Shown: positions 36,201-41,115 of the stretch, in pieces
How positions within the stretch are numbered: the stretch's first letter is position 1
Layout: each line of letters starts with the position of its first letter
Assembly: GCA_964554315.1 (NCBI GenBank)
Contig: CAZKOI010000003.1
Coordinates: forward strand, 1-41,115
Direction: 5' to 3'
DNA: 41,115 bases
Source of the DNA: an uncultured Enterobacterales bacterium
GTDB lineage: Bacteria > Myxococcota_A > UBA796
Notes under the pieces: model-generated
Database searches by the model: none
What the model saw: only the letters and a program-made list of their open reading frames with translations
Told to the model about the DNA's origin: nothing
Position numbers and translations under genes: made by a program

Positions 36201-36424
36201 AGCTCTGGGCGCTGGGTGGGCCGGGGGCCATGTCGCCCATGGACGCTCTGCGGGCAGGCACGGTGGCGGGCGCTCGTTACCTGGGAATCGATGACCAGGT
36301 GGGCACGGTCCAGCCCGGTAAGCTCGCCGACCTCCTGATCCTGAACAGCGATCCTCGCCTCGACATCCGCAACTCCGCCGACATCCACATGGTGCTGAAG
36401 AACGGACGCATCGTGAGCGAGTGA
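33281..36424 (+). CDS. secreted TolB-like PD40 beta-propeller protein fused to a C-terminal amidohydrolase domain
   Basis: Signal peptide MLTVLTSVLATILPVFAA. PD40-type repeats recur (PRFSPDGSRLAYVSD, PMLMPDGSGIAFAS, SPSWSADGREVLW, PVMSRDGQTVAV). The amidohydrolase motifs are IPGLIDVHAHMHYG and, late in the protein, GKLADLLIL. Confidence 0.8.
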   Translation: MLTVLTSVLATILPVFAADSPAPEEPNWDISAAHGPTHTRTIDTDEGTWMSVTVHGETIVFDLLGDLWMIPLEGGEATRLTEGPAWDSEPRFSPDGSRLAYVSDAGGNEQLWIMDADGNNAKQITQEEDARVTDPVWDPDGPWLLGRRRTVDTRSIGVTELWQYHLDGGDGFALTTKDAHPHAGEMTTDGDHLWFSSRAGRFSYDANPLTGLWRIMRLDRETGELRVEISGNGSAVRPMLMPDGSGIAFASRDRNRTLLEVLDFSTRQRRVLGDWLDHDQMEGFALHGVYPAGDWTQDGDLVIWAEGKLWRVSMTGDRQPIPFRARGDWTFHDVPRWQRTTPSDVQARLNRWATANRFGDIAYSAMGRLVVQGATGEIRDLGPGFSPSWSADGREVLWTSWSDEAGTGRLHITGRRGRGKTTDLGISGQLVSPVMSRDGQTVAVLRDPNTDNSPSMGSIPWYELIVLRRGQGQWTPEVTAAKVDTGMGFRAPRLALHDGRIWWLSVGETPDRQPAKAEWVSVDMAGRDKRVHLHLEGAVEASPSPDFTRLAYKLGHQAWMTAMPKPGSEVELKALPKRKLSETVGDWMGWTADGQGVTWTEGATLVTYPLDGIGIPPAPERAPDRTADDRPSTPARLETPLRYSRPRDAPTTMTALTHATVLTMGGEEVLENATILIQGDTIKAVGTTVEVPPGAKTIDLSGKTVIPGLIDVHAHMHYGSRDIIPEQPWAYSVNLDFGVTTVHDPSASTDVVFTQAERVEAGLSEGPRVYSTGYVLYGALGNENAKTPDQASAQHHVERLKLVGAQSVKVYQQSRRDQRQWYVSACNERQVLCVAEGGGDLWMNLSMVADGFHAIEHALPNAPLYGDVHQFMAASQTEASAGTAYSPTLMVAYGGLSGEQLYFAEDQAYDHPRLLRSWDRRDLDARTYRRGPSARSGDWNHQQVAREAAEMARRGVLVTLGAHGQLQGLGVHWELWALGGPGAMSPMDALRAGTVAGARYLGIDDQVGTVQPGKLADLLILNSDPRLDIRNSADIHMVLKNGRIVSE

Positions 36425-36425
36425 G

Positions 36426-37136
36426 CTACTCCGTGGCGAGCTCGTAGCGGAAGCTGCTGTTGCCGATCCGAACCCGATCGCCGCTTCGAAGCGGCTGGGA
36501 GGTCACGGCCTGCTCGTTCACCGTGACCTTGATCATCCGTCCTTGCTTGTTCAGGACGTGGTTCTTGCCGTCCCACGAGACGTCGGCCACGACGCCCCCC
36601 GAGAACATGCCCTCGACCGGAATCATTCCGTCTCCGCCGAAGGTCAAAGACCGGTCCTCCGGGTGCCAAAACCGGGCCTGATTGGTGACCAATACAAGGC
36701 GAGCGTTTCGCATCTTGTTGACCTCGTCCTGCATCTGCCTCAGCTGCGCCGGCGACATCGCAAAGGTCGAGTCGTCAAAGTTTCGCGCCTTTGCGTCATA
36801 GCGAACCATGTACTCCAGAAAGCGACCCTTGTAGAACCGATCATCGGGCCCGTCACCCATGTACACCAGGTTGAACTTTCCGAGGAGAATCTCATCACCA
36901 CTACCGAGAATGGCCCCCTCGACCGTTCGACCATTCACCATGGTGCCGTTGCTGCTGCCCAGGTCTTCGATGGAGCAGGTGTGACCGTCCCAGAGCAGCT
37001 GGGCATGGTGCCGACTCACCGAAATGTTCGGGAGCATCAGGTCTGCGTCATCGCCACGGCCGATCACCACCTTGTCCTTCTCAATGTCGAAGACCCTGCA
37101 ACCCTCTGCTTGATTGAGAATGACGATCCGAGGCAT
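36426..37136 (-). CDS. FHA domain-containing protein
   Basis: The N-terminal FHA signature is VVIGRGDDADLMLPNISVSRHHAQLLWDG...IEDLGSSNGTMVNG. The C-terminal half resembles a second, degenerate FHA-like beta-sandwich (LTFGGDG...VTVNEQAV...GDRVRIGNSSFRY). AAGGAG lies 6 nt upstream of the ATG. Confidence 0.85.
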   Translation of the reverse strand: MPRIVILNQAEGCRVFDIEKDKVVIGRGDDADLMLPNISVSRHHAQLLWDGHTCSIEDLGSSNGTMVNGRTVEGAILGSGDEILLGKFNLVYMGDGPDDRFYKGRFLEYMVRYDAKARNFDDSTFAMSPAQLRQMQDEVNKMRNARLVLVTNQARFWHPEDRSLTFGGDGMIPVEGMFSGGVVADVSWDGKNHVLNKQGRMIKVTVNEQAVTSQPLRSGDRVRIGNSSFRYELATE

Positions 37137-37175
37137 GTGCTACTCCTTGGCCCTTACGCCCTTTCAAAGCGCATA

Positions 37176-37658
37176 TTACGCGTTGGCCTTGATTGCGTCC
37201 ACCACTCGAGGGAGCAGGTCGTTCCAGTCCACATCAGCGGCCTTTGAGACCGTGATGAAATCGTTCACACCGAAGACGCTGACCACACCCTCAAGAGCGA
37301 CAACGGCAGCCGCGATAGGATGCGCGATGTCCTGGTCTCCTGAGTTGAAAGAGAAGGAGCCCGTCTCTGCGACCTTCACACTCAGCGCGAATTTCATGGC
37401 GTTCGGGTTGGGCGTCTCCTGCGGGTCCACCTGAATGTCAGACCGCTTTGGCGCCTTGGTGACCCGCTTCTTTGGGGGGGCCTTCTTCGGGGCGGGCTTG
37501 GCGCTCTCGGTCGGGGTTGCCTCGGCTCTGGGAGGGGCTGCAGGCGCCGCGACCGGTGCCATAGGGGGTGCCGGTGAGGGCGCATTTCTCTCCCCGTCCA
37601 TGACGCTGATCGCCCGCTTGAGCACTCGGATGGGAAGGCTTGCAAATCGTCGAATCAT
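37176..37658 (-). CDS. Nfu_N (scaffold protein Nfu/NifU N-terminal) domain protein with a Pro/Ala/Lys-rich N-terminal region
   Basis: The C-terminal roughly 85 aa (IQVDPQETPNPNAMKFALS...HPIAAAVVALEGVVSVFGVNDFITVSK...W) match the Nfu_N pattern (TPNPN.LKF). No CxxC NifU C-terminal domain is present. GGAGGA lies upstream of the ATG. Confidence 0.7.
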   Translation of the reverse strand: MIRRFASLPIRVLKRAISVMDGERNAPSPAPPMAPVAAPAAPPRAEATPTESAKPAPKKAPPKKRVTKAPKRSDIQVDPQETPNPNAMKFALSVKVAETGSFSFNSGDQDIAHPIAAAVVALEGVVSVFGVNDFITVSKAADVDWNDLLPRVVDAIKANA

Positions 37659-37727
37659 GACGTCCTCCTAGCGCTTGATCTTAGCGTGACTAACGATCTT
37701 TGGCTCATCATGGCATGATCGAAACGC

Positions 37728-38537
37728 ATGGAACTATCTCTCCTCGACGGCCCGATGGGCACCGAGCTTATCCGACTTGGTCACCCCTGCACGGGTCCTT
37801 CATGGAGTGCAGAGCCCTTGCTCACGGCGCCGGAGGCCGTGGCGGCGATCCACGCGGCCTACGCGCGGGCCGGAGCGACCCTCCATACCGCCAACACCTT
37901 TCGTACCCAGCCTCACATTCTCGGTGATGGCTGGATTCAATCGGCGAAGGCTGCCGTCGCACTCGCTCGAGGCGCCGTGCCTGCCGGACACCGGGTGCTC
38001 GGAAGCATGGCCCCCATCGGCGACTGCTACCGGCCCAACGAGAGTCCCGACCGACCCGGCCCCCAGCATGAGCCTCTCGCCCAGGTGCTCGCGGAGGCCG
38101 GCGTTGACATCATCTTGGTCGAGACCTTTCCGCACCCAGGAGAAGCCCTAGCGGCCGCCCGGGCTGCGCTCGCCACCGGGGTTCCTACATGGCTCAGTCT
38201 CACCGCTGGCCCCAACGCCGATCTAATGAGCCCGACCCGCCTTCAGCGTGCGGCAGAACAGGCGGGTAAAGCGGGTGTTGCGGTGGTCTTGGTCAACTGC
38301 ATCGCCGCGTCGCTCATCGATCCCTATGTTGCTGCGCTCGCAGAGGTTGGTCTTCCATTCGGAGTCTACGCAAACGCGGGTGACATCGCCCACGGCATGG
38401 GCTGGGGAAGGGGCGGCGCCAAGGAATACGCCGAGCGCGCAGAGCGTTGGGTCGAGCGGGGTGCTTCAGTGGTCGGGGGGTGCTGCGGGACCGACCCCTC
38501 GCATGTGGCCGAGCTGAGGCGCGCGCTCTTCGACTAG
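37728..38537 (+). CDS. homocysteine S-methyltransferase family protein
   Basis: LLDGPMGTELI at the N-terminus, LVNCIA, and the C-terminal Zn-site motif VVGGCCGT. Confidence 0.8.
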   Translation: MELSLLDGPMGTELIRLGHPCTGPSWSAEPLLTAPEAVAAIHAAYARAGATLHTANTFRTQPHILGDGWIQSAKAAVALARGAVPAGHRVLGSMAPIGDCYRPNESPDRPGPQHEPLAQVLAEAGVDIILVETFPHPGEALAAARAALATGVPTWLSLTAGPNADLMSPTRLQRAAEQAGKAGVAVVLVNCIAASLIDPYVAALAEVGLPFGVYANAGDIAHGMGWGRGGAKEYAERAERWVERGASVVGGCCGTDPSHVAELRRALFD

Positions 38538-38539
38538 GG

Positions 38540-39388
38540 CTACTTCTTCCCGAACAGCTTTCCGAAGAACCCGGGCTTCTTGGCGGCTTCTTGCGGCTTC
38601 TGCGAGGCCGTCTTCCCCTCAAGGCGCCGCAGCTCGCGGGGCGCATCAGGATTAGCGGGGTTGAACTTCAAAGCCTGGACCAACGCACGCTTGGCGGCAT
38701 CTTTCTCGCCAAGCTCTCGATAGGCCCGCCCCAGCAGCACCCAGCCTCCATCCAGTCGCCTCTGCTGGTGGGAGTTGGCGTCGAGGATGTCCTTGAGGTC
38801 GGTCATCGCTCCGTCTGCGGCCTCCGCATCGGTGCCTCGATTTAGCGCAAAGGTGGTGTAGGCCTTGTAGGCCCCAAACTCCAGCTCGTCCGGAGCCTGC
38901 TCGCACGCGGACTCGAAGAGCTTGTGCGCTGCACTCAGTCGGCCTGCATTGAACGCCGCCAGACCCTTCTTGAAGTCCGCCTCGGCGTCCAAGAGCGCCT
39001 TGACCTGCGCCATTGCCTCCTCTTCCTCCGTAGGCTTTCCAAGAATGACGTGGTCGATGTACTTCTGGCGCTTCTCGTCCGTCTCAACCGCCTCCCAGGC
39101 TGCACGAACCTGGTCAAAGGCCTCCGTTGCCTGATCTTGGACCTCTGGGGAGGCATCAGAATACTTGTCAGGGTGGAGCTGGTTGGCCAACGCCATGTAG
39201 GACGAACGAAGCGCGTCCGTTGCCGCCTCGGGATCCAACCCAAGGACCTCGAAGGCATTCTGGGCGGCCTCCATTCGAATCCTCAGGGTGTTGAGTTGCG
39301 CCACCATCGGGTGGCCGCTCGAGGTGTCCACAGGGGCACCCACTTCCTCAGCGATCATGTTCGCAATGTCCAGACCATCACCACTCAC
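38540..39388 (-). CDS. J-domain (DnaJ-like) protein with C-terminal TPR-like repeats
   Basis: J-domain AFEVLGLDPEAATDALRSSYMALANQLHPDKY, then TPR-like helices (LGRAYRELGEKDAAKRALVQALKFNP). The start is set at GTG 39388, with GAGGAG 6 nt upstream. The listed ORF to 39547 would run across the htrA start. Confidence 0.7.
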   Translation of the reverse strand: MSGDGLDIANMIAEEVGAPVDTSSGHPMVAQLNTLRIRMEAAQNAFEVLGLDPEAATDALRSSYMALANQLHPDKYSDASPEVQDQATEAFDQVRAAWEAVETDEKRQKYIDHVILGKPTEEEEAMAQVKALLDAEADFKKGLAAFNAGRLSAAHKLFESACEQAPDELEFGAYKAYTTFALNRGTDAEAADGAMTDLKDILDANSHQQRRLDGGWVLLGRAYRELGEKDAAKRALVQALKFNPANPDAPRELRRLEGKTASQKPQEAAKKPGFFGKLFGKK

Positions 39389-39458
39389 AGCGTACTCCTC
39401 AGGGACATTGGAGTGTACCACGGGTCGTCGCGGTGGTGGTTTCGGGTAAGCTGGCCTC

Positions 39459-40832
39459 ATGAAGGTGAATCGACTGTGGTTGCTCGTGCTGCTGTGGCTC
39501 GCTCCCGCGAGCGTGCGCGCCCAAGGCATCGGGCCCGACTTCACCACACTCTCGGCAGCCGCGGTGCGAGTAACGGTTCACATCCAGGTCGAGCGAGGCC
39601 CCCTGATCGCAGCCGGAATCCAGCAGCTTGCGAGGGAGCGCCTCATTCCCGCGCCCCGCCCTCAGGCGTCCGGTTTGCAGACCTCTTCGGGTTCTGGCGT
39701 TATCTTCGACAAATCGGGCCTCGTGCTCACCAACCACCATGTCATCAACGGCGCAACCACCCTCCGGGTGTCGATGCACGACAAGCGAGTCTTCAAAGCC
39801 GAGGTTGTCGGGAGTGATCCAAGAACCGACTTGGCGGTCTTGGCGATCAAGGGACCGGGGCCCTTCGAGGCCGCCAACTTCGCCCTCGATGAACCGGTGC
39901 AGGTGGGCGAGTGGGTCGTGGCAGTGGGCCACCCCTTCAACTTCCCCTTCACGGTCACGGCGGGAATCGTGAGCGCCCTCGGCAGGCGCGGGCTCGCTCG
40001 AAATGAGATCCAGGACTACATCCAGACCGATGTTGCCGTGAACCCCGGATCGAGCGGCGGGCCATTGTTCGACACCACCGGCGCGGTGGTGGGCATCAAC
40101 ACCGCCATATTCAGCCCCGACAAAGAGAACACCGCGAGCGCCGGCATATCCTTCGCTATCCCTGCAGCCATGGCCCACCGCGTGGCGTCAAAGCTCGCCG
40201 CAGGCGAGCCCATCGCCACGGCAGGTATTGGACTGCGCATAGACGATGCCCAAGCCACGGCGACTGAGTCCCGCCAGGGCGCACGAGTCACGCAGGTCAT
40301 TGCCGGCGGACCGGCCGAGCAAGCCGGTGTACGGCGGGGCGACATCATTTACGCGGTGGACGGCGTCCGGGTTGGAGGACGGGCGGACTTTACCGGCGTC
40401 CTTCAAGCCAAGGACGTCGGCGTCCTGGTGTCCCTGGATCTTGCGAGAGGTCCCGTCTCAAAGATCATTGAAGTCCGCACACAGGATGCATCAAAGATTG
40501 GCGCACAGCTGGGGGTTGAGAAGGAAAAAACCAAGCAATGGGCAGGACTCAGCATGATGGACGCCACACCCGAGCGTCTCCTTGCACGAGGCATCTCGGC
40601 GCCGGACCGAGACGGCGGGAGCGTCCTTGTAACCGCTGTAGAGCCCGGCAGTCCGGCCTCAGTCGCAGGTCTTCTGCCCGGTGATGTCCTGCTGCAAATA
40701 CAAGAATCGCCCATCAAAAGTGTGGACGAACTGCTCAAGACAGTGGACAATCGGCGTGTGGTGCTGGTCTCGTTTTGGCGAGGCGAGAGCCGCTACTTGG
40801 CTGCGCTGGCTAACCGGGTTGATCCTGGCTAG
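39459..40832 (+). CDS. HtrA/DegP/DegQ family periplasmic serine protease with two PDZ domains
   Basis: Signal peptide MKVNRLWLLVLLWLAPASVRA. Catalytic motifs are LTNHHVI, DLAVL and TDVAVNPGSSGGPLFD. Two PDZ-like segments are present (GARVTQVIAGGPAEQAGVRRGDII and VLVTAVEPGSPASVAGLLPGDVLL). Confidence 0.9.
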   Translation: MKVNRLWLLVLLWLAPASVRAQGIGPDFTTLSAAAVRVTVHIQVERGPLIAAGIQQLARERLIPAPRPQASGLQTSSGSGVIFDKSGLVLTNHHVINGATTLRVSMHDKRVFKAEVVGSDPRTDLAVLAIKGPGPFEAANFALDEPVQVGEWVVAVGHPFNFPFTVTAGIVSALGRRGLARNEIQDYIQTDVAVNPGSSGGPLFDTTGAVVGINTAIFSPDKENTASAGISFAIPAAMAHRVASKLAAGEPIATAGIGLRIDDAQATATESRQGARVTQVIAGGPAEQAGVRRGDIIYAVDGVRVGGRADFTGVLQAKDVGVLVSLDLARGPVSKIIEVRTQDASKIGAQLGVEKEKTKQWAGLSMMDATPERLLARGISAPDRDGGSVLVTAVEPGSPASVAGLLPGDVLLQIQESPIKSVDELLKTVDNRRVVLVSFWRGESRYLAALANRVDPG

Positions 40833-40929
40833 TTCATCAGTCAAGCGTCGGTTGGTCTTGGGGGACTGACGAAGCCGCTTGGAAAACCGCTCATTTTTCG
40901 GTGAAATCTGCCGATAATATTCTCTCTTG

Positions 40930-41115
<186 letters not shown>

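Noticed and set aside
39389-39547. A long form of the J-domain protein whose ATG (39460) would sit back-to-back with the htrA ATG (39459) in a CATG overlap.
   Set aside because: This leaves no promoter space for either gene. An internal GTG at 39388 has a GAGGAG SD at optimal spacing, so the shorter form is more plausible. This is not proven.

Overview
This is a GC-rich bacterial chromosomal segment with about 36 protein-coding genes. I saw no plasmid, phage or IS hallmarks. Genes are densely packed, with frequent GTG/TTG starts and ATGA/GTGA stop-start overlaps. The gene style suggests a Myxococcota/Bradymonadia-like organism: many Cys-lipobox lipoproteins, Hanks-type Ser/Thr kinases, an FHA protein, a J-domain/TPR protein and an Asp-Ala repeat lipoprotein. 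That taxonomic guess is inference only.

Main blocks:
- 1-3066: a hydantoinase B fragment, a small ORF and comEC.
- 3103-10239: a MerR-headed isc operon (merR-like, iscS, iscU, iscA, hscB, hscA) that continues into a polytopic membrane protein and a minimal Ser/Thr kinase.
- 10242-17795: a sugar- or glycolipid-looking cluster with a GH36 alpha-galactosidase lipoprotein, a secreted SRPBCC protein, galactokinase, a nucleotidyltransferase, a membrane-anchored GH1 glycosidase and a FadL-type outer-membrane channel.
- 17886-23626: an apparent operon of aminotransferase, cyaY (frataxin), a kinase/NTPase/TPR protein and a lipoprotein.
- 23620-33253: an envelope operon of class A PBP, aldo/keto reductase, a GT-C-like membrane protein and a lipoprotein, followed by pckA and a RumA/RlmD-type methyltransferase.
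- 33281-40832: a PD40/amidohydrolase protein, an FHA protein, an Nfu_N protein, homocysteine S-methyltransferase, a J-domain/TPR protein and HtrA.
- 40930-41115: a 3'-truncated Asp-Ala repeat lipoprotein.

No rRNA, tRNA, CRISPR, transposase or integrase was recognised.

The most interesting point is that Fe-S biogenesis genes occur at three separate places, and each is followed in the same apparent operon by a Ser/Thr phospho-signalling gene. In addition, the isc operon is headed by a Cys-rich MerR-family regulator with a MerR-style 19-bp-spacer promoter, where IscR would normally sit.

All family calls come from motif recognition by eye. No database search was run.
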